Assembly: GCA_034780895.1 (NCBI GenBank)
Contig: JAUZTB010000107.1
Coordinates: 24,216,428-24,280,427, forward strand
Direction of reading: 5' to 3'
From: Rhynchobatus australiae
Taxonomy: Eukaryota
DNA length: 64,000 nt
Part shown: piece after piece, positions 49,901 to 62,702 of the stretch
Numbering within the stretch: position 1 is the stretch's first letter
Layout of the letters: each line of letters starts with the position of its first letter
Notes under the pieces: model-generated
Told to the model about the DNA's origin: nothing
The model's database searches: none
What the model saw: only the letters and a program-made list of their open reading frames with translations
Position numbers and translations under genes: made by a program

Positions 49901-52900
49901 AACACATCGTTAATCCATCGTTACTTCCAAGCGTCCTTTGGAACTGAAGCATAACCTCCCTACTTTTGCATTGTTCCCCTAGCAATAAACGATAACATTC
50001 TGTTAGCTTTCTAAATTATTTATTATCCACTCCTCCCCCTTGTCAGCAACTTAAAACTTGTTTGATTTTTGTTTTTCTAAGATCTGATGATAGGTTAATA
50101 ATTCTGTTTCAGAGTGCTGTGTAGTTCCAGTATTTTTGTGTTTATTTGAGTTCTCAGGTATTTCAGCAATCTGCATCAAAAACACATGGGCACAGAGTTA
50201 TTCTGATACTGAAATATATAGAACATAGAACTGTACAGCACTACTTGCTCTCCACAGAGTATTCCTATCAGGCCCATTCCTCTTATTTCTCTTGCAACAT
50301 TCTCAAGTTGTTGTGCCGAACTAATCAAGTTAATAACACCTAATCCCTTCAGCCTGCATATGGTCGATATCCTGCCATTCTCAGCATATTCATGTGCTTC
50401 TTAAATACCTCTATCGTATCTGCCTCCACCACCATCCCTGGCAGTGTATTCCAGGCACCCACCCACTCTCTGCATGAAAAAAACTTGTCCCACACATCTC
50501 CTTTGAACTTTCCCCCTCTCACCTTGAATGCTTACCCTCTAGTATTAGACATTTCAACCCTAGGAAGATACCAGCTACCTACCCTATCTATGCCTCTCTT
50601 AATTTTATAAACTTCTATCTGGTCTCCCCTCAGCCTCCGCTGCACCCGAGAAAAAAAACCCAAGTTTGTCCAACCTCCTTATAGTGCATGCCCTCTAATC
50701 CAGGCAGCATCCTGGGAAACTTCTGCACCCTCTCCAAAGCCTCCACATCCTTCCTATAATGGGGCGACCAAATGCAATTCTCCAGACATGACCTAACCAG
50801 GGTTTAATGGGTGAATTCAGTACCTACCATGTTATCTTTAATGACTGAAGGTGTCCATCCTTCAGAAGAAAACAAGGGATGGATTTTGTTTGCATGTGGG
50901 CAGTCAAAGCATCGATGGATGTCATAGCCATAACTAAATAACATCCTAAGCATTATTTCATCATTTAATGCATACTGCAGAGCAGATGGGAAATGAGTTG
51001 TGTTTACTCTACAATAGTAATTTACATTGGCTCCGTGGCGAAGGAGCAAGTTAATGAGCTCATAGTTGCCCAATCTCATGGCTAGCTGGAGACAATTGAT
51101 AGGATCTTGGTTTGGTAGAGCTCCAGCCTCCAGGAGGAGTCGAGCAGAGCAGACATCGTTATTTGACACGGCGAAATAGAGTGCAGATTTCCTGTGATCA
51201 TTATAACTTCTGCGAAGCCTGGGACTGAGCATGAAATTGACATCGAACCGATACTGGAGAAGCAACTTGAGGCATTCTTGTTGGCCACCTGCTGCTGCGG
51301 AGTGCACTGGACTTATGCCGCTCTCCTGAATAGCAGAATAATCTGTCACNNNNNNNNNNNNNNNNCCAACCTAAATAAAAAAAGGTCTAGAGTAAGCCAC
51401 AGTAATTTTAAAAAAAAATCTGCATCTGGTCAAAGTCAGAAATAAAACAGGAAATCTAAGAAATGCACAAATGTACACGGTTTGGCCTAGATTTTGCTGA
51501 GTTTTGTTTGCTTCCTGCACCTACTGTGCAGATATAGAATTGGTCCACACTTACACTGTGGTACATAAAAGCTTCCTGGACATTGACAAGGCCATGTGTT
51601 CACCAGGTCATGTGGCAGACCAGAGCAAGCCCCATACATGAAAATGCTGCACAAAACCGTTACAAATGGCAAAGCCACACCACTGGTCTCTGTCATCTGT
51701 CATTGCCGTCAGCTTTCAGTTACACTGATTGTCCCTGACACTGAAATATTCAAAAACTGTTCAGTGTAATAAACAACTCCAAAGAGTCAAATATTTCAAA
51801 TGAAAAAGAAAATACACTTACAGTTTTAAATTATTAAAAGTATCACTGCAAAACAAATAATTTTTTAAAATGAAACATTCTTATTGTTCTTCCTTACAGC
51901 CTTCTTGTGAACTGCCATTTGGAATGCAATGGGCTAAGATGTAAGATGGTGACAGATGCATTGGCAAAAATCTCTCAGCAAGTTCAGGAACTGCCCTTGC
52001 ATTCACATACTTGAACCTGAGTTATTTGTTGGAATTTATGTGCATGCATGCTAACTTCTCACCATGTGACTACTGGTAAAACCCAGCAAAAATTGGCAAT
52101 ATTGTTTCTGTCACAGCTGTTTCTGTGATTCTCTCCCACTCACTGATTTTGTTCATTTCCAACTTACAAATNNNNNNNNNNNNNNNNNNNNNNNNNNNNN
52201 NNNNNNNNNNNNNNNNNNNNNNNNNNNNNNNNNNNNNNNNNNNNNNNNNNNNNNNNNNNNNNNNNNNNNNNNNNNNNNNNNNNNNNNNNNNNNNNNNNNN
52301 NNNNNNNNNNNNNNNNNNNNNNNNNNNNNNNNNNNNNNNNNNNNNNNNNNNNNNNNNNNNNNNNNNNNNNNNNNNNNNNNNNNNNNNNNNNNNNNNNNNN
52401 NNNNNNNNNNNNNNNNNNNNNNNNNNNNNNNNNNNNNNNNNNNNNNNNNNNNNNNNNNNNNNNNNNNNNNNNNNNNNNNNCACAGCTGATTGAAGCTTAC
52501 TTACAGACTGAAGTCCTCAAACATTCAAAGAAATTCTGAAAACCTTTAGGAATGTTGGCCATGCATCTGTTCTTTATTGGGGTCTCAGTTCCAACCAAGG
52601 CTAGTGATTTTCCATTTCCCAACAGAGCAGCCACCATATTCAAGAAACACCATGTTGCAAGAAGCAAGACAGCTCACAGTCAATTGCTTCCTGGATTAGC
52701 AACAAAGTCTGGAGGGTAAGCCAAAAGAAGGGAAATGCCTTGTGCAGAATAATTCATGAGAGAAAAAATGGCAGAGAAAATTTGAGAGATTTCTGTGACA
52801 ATATTCAGCCTCTTACAGATAAGAGTTTTGAAGTTGCCCTACTGGAATACTGGAAATTAATATCATCAGACCACCATGGGGTGAGTTCTAACCATTATCT

Positions 52901-55900
52901 TGCAAATATTGGAACTTTATTCAAAAGGCAAACAAGATGAAATTTAAGAATATCATTCAGTTCTGGGCATTAGGAATAATTCTGGATGAATAAAAGACAG
53001 GAATGGTGATAGCATCTTGCTGATAGATGTAAGCACTACAGACTTAGAGAAGCAGTGTCTGAATGCTGCCATGGCTCATCTTTGCATTCAGGCTGCCTCC
53101 ATTACCAGACGTACATCTGGTGATCTGGGCTATTTGTTTATATGCAAGGCCAGGTTACTAACCAACTAGCGAGTAAGAAAATGGGCAGCAATTGTACTAA
53201 AGATGAAATCTCAGCAGCATTGGGAAAGGCCTCGAAAATATCTGGTCAGTTCTTCCATAAGGAAAAATATTGCAAATATTGGAAATCTGAAATAAATCAG
53301 AAAATGCTGGCAATACTCAGTGGGTCAGGCAAGCTCTGTGGAGTAAGAGATAATGTTTTAGAAATAGAACCTTCCATCAGAAAGTTCACTAGTTCTAATA
53401 ATAGGAATTTGATTTGAAATATTAACTCTGCTTCTCTCTCCATAGATGCTGCCTTGCCCGTTGAGTGTTGCCAGCATTCTCTGTTTTATAATCACCCTAT
53501 TTAATCCAACTATAAACCATGCACTGAAAGTTACATACAGGAGATAAAGAATTATGCAAGTTCTATTTACATCAATGTACACAAGCTTCAGATTTGTCTA
53601 AATTCCAGTCACATGATTTATATTCTTCATTTTCAAAACTAAAGCTCTACAATTACATCTCAGGCTTTTATTCAAATACCAGATGTAACAAAAAAAACTA
53701 TTGCTGATGTATTCCCCCCAAACTCACCGATAGTATCCTTTGTAGGATGCCCTGTGAATGGGCAGATGACCAGAGTATTTAGGAACATTGGCATCAGCCC
53801 CATACTCCAATAGGAGTGCCAGGCATTCTGCATTTTCAACTGTGGCGGCCTCAAATAATACAGACACTCCATCGGATGCTTGAGCCAGGACATCAGCTCC
53901 TGTGAAACAAGAGTGAGTTCATACAGACATTCATCTTTCCCATTTAAACATTGATTTGAACTGATTTCTTGTTTTGAGTGTGGAAGCCTCTTCTCTCTCA
54001 ATTATAAAGAGTAGTGTGAACTAAGTTTGAACACACTTAGTCCACTTCCTCAACGAGGAAGAGTCTGCAGCATACGCGTCCTTTAGGGCATTCAAGGAAT
54101 GATTAAGTCTATTAAAAAAAACAAAGGCCAAGTGTAGCACAATGCAGTGTTTCTGGAAGCTCAGCTCAGACTAAGAAACTTCCTGCACTGAATAGTCAAC
54201 TTCACATTGCCTCTTGACAGCAATAGGTTTGAGACAAATTTGAGAGAGAACTTGAAGCAAAAAAAAATCTGCTGGTGAATATTCCAAATCAGTNNNNNNN
54301 NGCCCTCTTTAAAAAAAGAACTATTTTTGAACAGCTACTTCTACCCTCAAATTATACGGCATTCAGACACAAACCTCTCACACATCTAAATGTTGAATAC
54401 ACTTTCCTATATCAAGCAATTAAATGTACAAGTACTCTCAAGAAAAGAAATACAGCCCAAAATATGTTTGAATAATGAAAAGGCCAAAAGTCACAATAGA
54501 CACTCTTTAAACAACTTAGGGTATGTACAAAAGTAAAATCAAATATAACATTAGGATATGGTTTGACAGTTGGTTGATAGGTAAAAGAAAGACTTGTACT
54601 TATGTGGATCTTTTCATTTTTTTATTAGGATGTCCAAAAGCATTTAAATACTTTTGGCATTTAAAGTGAGAGGGGGAAAATTCAAAGGAGATGAGCGGGG
54701 CATTTTTTTTAAACAAAGACAGTGGTGAGTGCTGGAATGTGCCCCCAGGGGTGTTGCTGGAGGCAGATATGATAGAGGCATTTAAGAGGTTCTTTGATAG
54801 GGACATGAATATGCAGAGATTTGATGCATATGGACCATGTGGAGGCAGAAGGGATTAGTTTAATTAGGCATCGTGAGTTTAATTAGTTCGGCATAACATC
54901 ACGGGCCAAACGCCTGTTCCTGAGCTGTGCTGTTCTATGTTCTGTATAATCAATGTTAAAATGTAGAAAAGATCTTGACCAGTTAACACCAAACAAGTTC
55001 ATCCCAAATATCTGTGTGATTATGACCAACTAATTTTTCTGAACAAATAAATAGGCACTTAGGTCTTTATATCAAGGAAACACTCTGGTGGAATATGACA
55101 AGTTGTGTTTTCAAGCAATCTGTGGAGTACCTCAGCTTTTCACCACATATGCTGGTGATTATAGATGAGGGAATAGAGAATATACAAAGTTTGTACATGG
55201 CACCATGTTAAGGATAACAGCAAATTGTGTAGATGAGAGCACAAAGTTGCAAATGAACATCGNNNNNNNNNNNNNNNNNNNNNNNNNNNNNNNNNNNNNN
55301 NNNNNNNNNNNNNNNNNNNNNNNNNNNNNNNNNNNNNNNNNNNNNNNNNNNNNNNNNNNNNNNNNNNNNNNNNNNNNNNNNNNNNNNNNNNNNNNNNNNN
55401 NNNNNNNNNNNNNNNNNNNNNNNNNNNNNNNNNNNNNNNNNNNNNNNNNNNNNNNNNNNNNNNNNNNNNNNNNNNNNNNNNNNNNNNNNNNNNNNNNNNN
55501 NNNNNNNNNNNNNNNNNNNNNNNNNNNNNNNNNNNNNNNNNNNNNNNNNNNNNNNNNNNNNNNNNNNNNNNNNNNNNNNNNNNNNNNNNNNNNNNNNNNN
55601 NNNNNNNNNNNNNNGTCACCCTGTTATAGGAAAGACGTGGTTAAACTGGAAAGAGTGCAGAAAAGATTTACGAGGATGTTGCCAGGATTAGAGGGCCTGA
55701 GTTATAGGGAGAGGTTGGCCAGGTTGGGTCTTTATTCCTTGGAAGGTAGGAGAATGAGGAGCAACTGTATAGAAATGTTTAAAATTATGAGAGGTGTAGA
55801 TAAGGTGGATGGTAGCAGGGTAGAGGAGTCTAAAACTAGGGGGCATAGATTTAGGGTGAGAGGGGAAAGATTTAAAAGGGACTTGAAGGGCAACTTTTTC

Positions 55901-58900
55901 ATGCAGAGGGTGGCGAGTATATGGAATGAGCTGCCAGCAGAAGTGGTTGAGGCAGGCTTAATAGTATCATTTAAGAAGCACTTGGATACGTACATGACGT
56001 ACATGGAGGGGAGGGGCCTGGAGGGATATGGGCTGAATGCGGGAAATTGGGACTAGATAGGTGGACAACTTGGCTGGCATGGACCGGTTGGGCCGAAGAG
56101 CCTGCATCCATGCTGTTATTGCTCTACGACTCTATAATTTGGAACAGGTATTTAAGGTCATGAAATGCCAACAATCTGCCTCTTTTCAAAGATTAACTCT
56201 ATCCATCTTCCTTTCTGCCACATTCATAGAGGTGAAAGTAAGTCAGTACTGGCTGGGACTGCAAGTGGGCAATACAATCAGTGACAATGGGTCAAATTGG
56301 CTATGTTAGCCAAGTGACCATTTGGCTAAGAAATCTAAGTTACTTTCACCCCTGCCCATTCTTTTCAAGAGCAGACTTCGACTGTTTAATAACCTTACTG
56401 GTAATTTATTTAACAGCAATATTACGTGTGATAACAATGTTCTGCACAAGGTCCTTTCTTACTACTAATTTCCTAATTTGTTATGTATATTTGAATTCTT
56501 CATCACAGTTTGTTTCAGCATTGTCAATGTGTTCATATTCTTCAGGATTAGGGAAACTGTAGATTATGGCAGCAGGATACCTGCCCATTCTGTGACTGAG
56601 GGCAATGCAGAGGAGAAAATAAAATGGGAAGCAGATAGCTTTAGAGAGCGAACAGTACAAGTAGAAGCAAAGGTACTGGAGGGGGTGATGGTGGGTGGTA
56701 AGGTGTTGTTCATTGGTGTGGTGGACATTGGGGCCACAAAATATTTTGAATATGGAGACTAAGTTGATAAAGTAATTGTGGTGTGGAATGCAGAGATGGT
56801 GAATCAGTGAGTCTAAAGGTGATAGGAAAGAGATTTTATGTAGTGCACAGTGCAGGGAGCTGAGATGTGAATGAAGTATGTTGGTTGCAGATGGTAAGGC
56901 CTACAGTTCTGGTAAGGTACTCCCATAGCCCCTCTGTGGAAACAGGCTTGAAAATGAGGTGAAGTAAGTCATTAGTTTTATTTCATTCAAATACATCTCA
57001 GACTGGTCTCTTTCAGAAAATAACATTTTTGAGTCTATGAGTAACTGGAGATAATGAATTAGATAAACATTCAGAGGGGAAAATGCAGCTTTCAGGGGAA
57101 GGGCAGCAGAATTGGATATATGTATACAGGAAATCCCTGGATTACGAATGCCCGACTTATGAACGCCCGTACTCATGAACTGACCTCCGTAAAGCCTATT
57201 ATTTAAAAAAAAATCAAGTTACACACAATGGTTCGTAATAATGAACGGGCGGACTNNNNNNNNNNNNNNNNNNNNNNNNNNNNNNNNNNNNNNNNNNNNN
57301 NNNNNNNNNNNNNNNNNNNNNNNNNNNNNNNNNNNNNNNNNNNNNNNNNNNNNNNACACAAGGGTTCGTAATAATGAACGGGCGGACTACTTTGCGCGAT
57401 GCTCAAAACACTGCACGTTTTAAACGGGTTCGTTTACATTTATTATTATTATTGCATTATTATATTTATGATGTTTTAGGTAAAATATATATCATATACT
57501 AAGACAAACATTTGACTAATTGACACTGTTCTGACTTACATACAAATTCGATTTAAGGACAGATTCAAAAATGGAACTCGTTCGTAATCCGGGGACTTCC
57601 TGTATTCTGAAATATTCACAGTGGACACAGTGGCTTTCTGTTACCATCATTCTAAAGCATGTTGCAGGCGTCAGATGTTTGTAAAGAACAAATAACTTTT
57701 GACCCATACATCAAAACCTCTCCACTATTGGAGTGCTTCTTGTGTCATGTGTCCTTTGATGGGGACTTTTGATTAGTCAGCAGCTTCACTATTTATGTAT
57801 CATGTGACTGCCAGGATTTTGGAACTCGAACTAAAAAGGCCATGATTTTTTTTCTTGTACTTACCCTTCTTCAATCATTAATGATGCACTGGATATGGGT
57901 TTGAATCTCAGCCAGCATCTGGCAGGACACCAAAGCCACGCATCATCTTATTTCGCATCGACTGACAGTGAATCACCTACTTTTTGTTTTATTGCTCAAG
58001 CCAAGTAACTAGATTTGAGAGCTCCCTGATCAATAATAAGCAATATAAATGATACATTACCCTTTTGGAGTAAAAGTTTCACGACTTCTGTATGTCCATT
58101 TTGTGCAGCAAGAGCCAGCGGGGTGAGTCCATAGGCACTCCTGGGATCAATAGAGGCTCCAGAATGAATCAGTAAATGAACAATATCCTTCCTACCCAGT
58201 TTGGCTGCTTCATGCATTGCCGTCCTCTCATTAGTGCACTTCAAGTTCACATTTGTCCCAAAACGGAGCAGAAGTGTCACGACATCAACAGCCTCATTTC
58301 TTATAGCTTCAAAAAGAGAAAATAAACTTCAGTGATTTGTGTGAAATGACATATTCAAAATTTAACCATCTTATAAGTAAGATAGCAAACTGTGTGTAAC
58401 AATACTTTGGTTGTTGACTGCAAGAAGATTAGAAAACTTCTCCCAGGGAACCAGAAATTTCTTTCCTCACATTAAATTTTAAATTTTTTTGGCAACCTTC
58501 CTCTGTGAACATTTGTTTAAAGTTTTTTTTTCTTTTCATCTTTATCACCTCTACTCCCAATCTCTTGTAAATTGCACACACTGACTACACACTGATTGAA
58601 CTGGTTGGCAGGCACCATGCTTCAGCATTTCTACCAAAGTTGCTCTAAATGTCCCCAGTTGCTTGCAAGAGGGTCTGAGTTTCAGTTCCCTCGCCCTCTC
58701 AATTTCAGTTCATTGAGTCCATCCCCATCAAAAGTTGTTTCGTTGGCTCACTGCTGAATCAGAGTTCTTGAAAGATTTGAACTCAAGGAGCTAATCTGAC
58801 ACAACAGTCTGGCACAGAGGAAGCATTGTAACATTGCAGATTCTGACTATTGGATGAGATGTCCTGAGTTCTGAGACTGTTGTTTCAGGTGAATGTAAAA

Positions 58901-61900
58901 GATGCCAAAGCACTACTTTGAACATTAGGGGGGTTATGCCAGGTGTCCTGGCCAATATTTATTCTCAAACTGATGTCATTAAGGAACAAAACAAACGATT
59001 ATTCTATCATCATCACTTTGCTGTTTGTGGAGCTTACTGTGTGGAGATTGGTGACTATTTCAACAGTACAACACTGACTGCACTTCAAAAAGTACTTACT
59101 AGCTTTAAATTGCCAGTGTGATGGCCCCAATCAGAAAGAGACGGGGCAAAAAGTGGAAAACTATAGACCAATTAGCGCAATATCTATTGTTTGAAAAACG
59201 TTAGAATTAATTACTGAGAAAGTAATAGCAGCACACTTCAAAGATCATTATTGAAGGATGCAGGGTCAGAATGGCTTCATGAAGGGGAAATCATGTCCAA
59301 CAAATTTATTAGTTTTTTGAGGAAGTCTCAACCAAAATGGATAGAGAGAACTTGTAGTTGGACTTTCAACAAGGTTCCTTGCAAAATGTTAAGTCACAAG
59401 AGTTCAAGCGCAAGTTTATTGTCACAGGCAGGCATGCACGCACATGGTATAAATGCCATGAAAATTAGCTTTTTGTAGCAGCAGCACAGTACATTACAAA
59501 CATGATGAAATAGATTACATAAACTTAAATTAACTTACACAACAAAATAAACATAATGAGACTTGTGCAAGTTGAGAGAGAGAAAAAGAAATACAGTCCA
59601 AGGTAGAGCTAGGGTTTTTCAGATTGGTTCAAGAACCTGATGGCAGTGGGAAAGAAGCTGTTCTTGAACATTGAGGTGTGGGTCTTCAGGCTCCTGCACC
59701 TCCTGCCTGATAGCAGCATCAAGAAGAGGGCATGGACTGGATGATGTGGGTCCCTAATGATGGATATCACCTTCCTGAGACATCGCTTCTTGTAGACATC
59801 CTCGATGGTGGGGAGAGCTGTACCTGTGATGGAAGTGGCTGAATCCACCACTCTCTGTAAGTCTCTTGCATCCCTGAGAATTGGAGTTTCCATATCAGGC
59901 CATAATGTAACCTGTCAGAATACTTTCTGCTCTACAACTGTAGAAGTTTGTCAGAGTCTTCAATGACACACTGAATCTCCTTAAACTTTCAAGAAAGTAG
60001 AAACTCTGGTGCTCTTTTCTCATGACTGCATCTATGTGTTGGCCCCAGGATAGATCCTCCACAATGTTGACATTCAGGAACTTGAAGCTGCTCACCCTTC
60101 TCACTGCAGACCCATCAGTGAGGACTGGTACATGTTCGCCTGACTTCCCCTTCCTAAAGTCCACAATCCGTTCCTTGGTTTTGCTAATGTCAAGTACAAG
60201 GTTGTTGTTACATCACCACTCAACCTATCTCACTCTTATATACCACCTTGTCACCATCTGTGATTCTACCAACAACAGTGGCATCATCTGCAAATTCGAA
60301 GATGGTTTTGAAGCTATGCTTAGCCATACAATCCTTGGTAGAGAGAATAGAGCAGGGGGCTAAGTACAAAGCCCTGAGGCGTGCCTGTGTTGATGGTCAG
60401 TGAGGAGGAGATGAGGTTTCTGATCTGCACTGATTGTGGTCTCCTAGGGAGGAGGTCGAGGATCCAATTGCAGAGGGAGGTACAAAAGCCTAGGTCTTGG
60501 GAGCTTGGTAACTCCAGGNNNCCATGGTATTGAGGTAACACATTGGAACAGATTGAGTATTGGTTAACAGGCAGGAAGCAGTAAATAGAAATAAGGGGGT
60601 CTTTCTCAGGTTGCCAAAATGTGACCAGTGGGATGCCACAGGATACGGTACTGGTGCTGCAAATGTTCACAATATATATTAAAGAAGCAATTGCATGGCA
60701 GCCAAATTTGTGGAGTACGCAAAAATAAGTAGGAAGGAAAATTGTGAGGACATTGCAAATCATTTGCAGAGAAATACTGACAGGTTAAGTGTGGGCAAGC
60801 AGTTGGCAATTTGAGTATAACACAATTGTTTATCTTGGAGAGGAACAAGAGAACAGAGAATGGAGAAAATCTGCAGAAAGGGATAGGGGTCCTTGTGCAT
60901 GAAAGGCTAACAGAATGTCAGTCCTTGGATTGGATTATAAAAATGGGGAAGTATTTTGGTGAAAGCTTTGGATATCCTGAAAGGAGTGTGAAAGGTGCTA
61001 AATAACTGCTAGTCTTTATCTTAATCTGATTTCATGAGATCAAATTCATGCCATTTCCCATGTGTCATAGTAGATTAATGCACTGAAGCAATGTGCTCTA
61101 AGCAGAGCAACGTGTCTTTCTGTGCTTTGAAATGAACTGCAGTGTAATCCGAAATAAGGAACAACTTCAGGACCCAATCTGTAGCTTCTGGGTTTCACTA
61201 GCTTTGAAGAACGCAAATAGTTCCAAACAAAGTCAGAAGGGGTGTGGGCATTGTGGCCACTTAATGCATTTATGTCAAGTCAGACCCTTCTCTGCAGACA
61301 CTGCAGCAACATGCAAAAAACAATGGACTATATTGTCAAATCCTGCCTTCAATATAAATTCAATCTCTCTGCTCAAAAACACCAATGGTATATGAACCTT
61401 GGACTCAATTTATAAATGTTGCTCTAGTCATATGCAAAAAGAAAAGTATTGCAAAGCAGTAAAATGATTAATAGAAATGTTTCCATTGTCAGTAAGCATA
61501 TAATTTCCACATCTTACTTTTATGTCACTCTCAGCTAAACCTGTTGTTTCATGCACTGGTCAAGAGCATATTTGTATTGGTAAGTTGCAATTGTATTGCA
61601 TAAAATTTATGTAGAATGCTCTTCTACAGGCTAGAATGGGCCATAAAATTGATCTAAGTATCACCATTTTCTTTGACTAGCTCATAATTCACAGTTATTG
61701 GCACATATGGAATCTAACTTTAAAATAACATCTCCAGGCATGAAGCTATTATTTCTAGACATGCCAGTTATATATTTTCTTCTGATATAATTTTCTCTAA
61801 TGAAAGATAAAGCTCAAGAAATAAAACTTGCATTTTTGTTGCAATTTGAAATACAAAGTAAAGGAAGTGCTGAAAATTTGATGTAAAAGCAAAACATTCT

Positions 61901-62702
61901 ATCAATGCACAGGTTAATTGGCATCTGAATGAGAAAAACAGGTTATGAAGCTTGCATGTCAGGAATGCCTGAACCAGACACCTCCCCACGCAGGTGCTGA
62001 CAAACCTGCTTTGGATTTTCAATGATTTCTGAAATTTCTGTTGTATTTATAAGGTAACTTATTTGGAGCTATAGGATATCTCAAATGATAGGTTATTTTT
62101 TTGAGATGCAGGTACTGTTGCTAGATTGGAAAGCTTGGAACAGCAAAGTCTTAAAACATAAAGTGTATGATTTTTTAAAATTCATTGAGCGATGAATGCT
62201 GATCAGAGCACTTAAACATTCCTTTGTGTTGCTTTCCTTCAAATACATTCTAATGATTAAGCAAATGGGACTTGATTTTCTTCTCATTGGAAGGATGGAT
62301 GTAGAACTAAACAAATCTCAAGCTAAAGAAATTAATGCCAGTTCTGTGGGGTAAATGCCTTCTTTGCTGTGCTATTCAAAGCCAACTTAGAAGCAGAAAG
62401 TCTGGAAGTCCGTGGGTATAAAAAAGTATACAATAAAATATTTATTAACAGTGGATCATGAGATAGCAATAAATGGCTTGAACAGTAATTAAATTGTCTT
62501 AAACTTCAATCTTCTATAGGCACAGATTTAAAGAGAAATTTACCAGTTATTAAAACAGAAATGCCCTCCTCGTTCTTGGAATTTGGATTGCAGCCATTTA
62601 TAAGTAAAAACTGCACATTATCTATAAGGCTCAACTCAACAGCCAAAAATAGAGGGGTTTCACCCTTTAGGGTCTTCTGCTCCCGTGCACTACGCTGAGA
62701 AG
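43806..62702 (-). CDS. ASB14: ASB14 (ankyrin repeat and SOCS box protein 14), 5'-partial; last 6 coding exons
   Basis: Six GT-AG exons encode ankyrin repeats ([53 protein letters not shown]) and a C-terminal SOCS box ([10 protein letters not shown]...[11 protein letters not shown]). The convergent position next to APPL1 favours ASB14 over ASB15/ASB2. Confidence 0.93.
45581..45734 (-). CDS. ASB14: ASB14 penultimate coding exon: [28 protein letters not shown]...EWSEITYIM
   Basis: Minus strand gtttcag|TTT...ATGA|gtaagt; 154 nt. Confidence 0.94.
47490..48910. mobile_element. Cluster of Penelope-like terminal and endonuclease fragments in both orientations
   Basis: Repeated cagatgctg...gctgagtatttccagcatt units and a KLKE*HLIF GIY-YIG tail at ~48510. 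Confidence 0.6.
49455..49630 (-). mobile_element. V-SINE (HE1-like), decayed
   Basis: Reverse complement of the V-core (gtcacaggaagaacatgcaaact) and head (gaacccaggtcactggagctgtgg). Confidence 0.65.
50215..50805 (-). mobile_element. CR1 LINE 3' fragment next to an ASB14 splice donor
   Basis: (ATAGAAC)n tail and tctgcctccaccaccatccctggcagtgtattccaggcacc. Confidence 0.75.
50828..51370 (-). CDS. ASB14: ASB14 large exon: ...[22 protein letters not shown]...[10 protein letters not shown]
   Basis: Minus strand ttatttag|G...ATG|gtaggt; matches ORF 50804..51349. It contains a 16-N gap at 51350-51365 that must be 17 nt (mod 3) to keep frame. Confidence 0.92.
53728..53899 (-). CDS. ASB14: ASB14 exon: (G)[18 protein letters not shown]...[14 protein letters not shown]
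   Basis: Minus strand tttcacag|GA...TATCG|gtgagt; 172 nt. Confidence 0.93.
55615..56135 (+). mobile_element. CR1 LINE 3' end
   Basis: [25 protein letters not shown]...[12 protein letters not shown]...[11 protein letters not shown]. Confidence 0.88.
57127..57602. mobile_element. pogo/Tigger-like (Tc1/mariner superfamily) MITE
   Basis: 22-bp TIRs CAGGAAATCCCTGGATTACGAA / CAGGAAGTCCCCGGATTACGAA (20/22 match); TA on both sides; no transposase ORF; contains a 100-N gap. Confidence 0.85.
58061..58306 (-). CDS. ASB14: ASB14 exon: (A)[20 protein letters not shown]...[12 protein letters not shown]
   Basis: Minus strand ctctttttgaag|CT...AAGG|gtaatg; 246 nt; AAG acceptor. Confidence 0.93.
58740..59120 (+). 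mobile_element. Deu-domain SINE
   Basis: ggatgagatgt...caggtgaatgtaaaagatgccaaagcact...ggtgtcctggccaatatttat...gactgcacttcaaaaagtactt. Confidence 0.65.
59140..60910 (+). mobile_element. Decayed CR1 RT fragment split by the Rex1-like insertion
   Basis: NYRPIS...[10 protein letters not shown] at 59155-59400 resumes at 60522 with HGIEG...VTSGMPQ. Confidence 0.7.
59400..60518 (-). mobile_element. Rex1/Babar-like LINE, about 1.1 kb, inserted in a CR1 fragment
   Basis: Broken ORFs [26 protein letters not shown]...VSSFKFL...DLSWGQHI and [13 protein letters not shown]...SGRR...[13 protein letters not shown]. Confidence 0.82.
62544..62702 (-). CDS. ASB14: ASB14 exon: (A)[52 protein letters not shown]
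   Basis: Minus strand cttgcag|CT...ACTG|gtaaat; 159 nt, phase 1/1; not in the ORF track. Confidence 0.93.

Noticed and set aside
51350-51370. Apparent 1-nt frameshift in the large ASB14 exon
   Set aside because: It falls across a 16-N gap of estimated size, and both flanks and splice sites are intact. Not evidence of a pseudogene.
53672-54001. 109-aa minus-strand ORF overlapping an ASB14 exon in another frame
   Set aside because: An alternate frame of the real 172-nt exon with no recognisable motif; the splice phases select the ankyrin frame.
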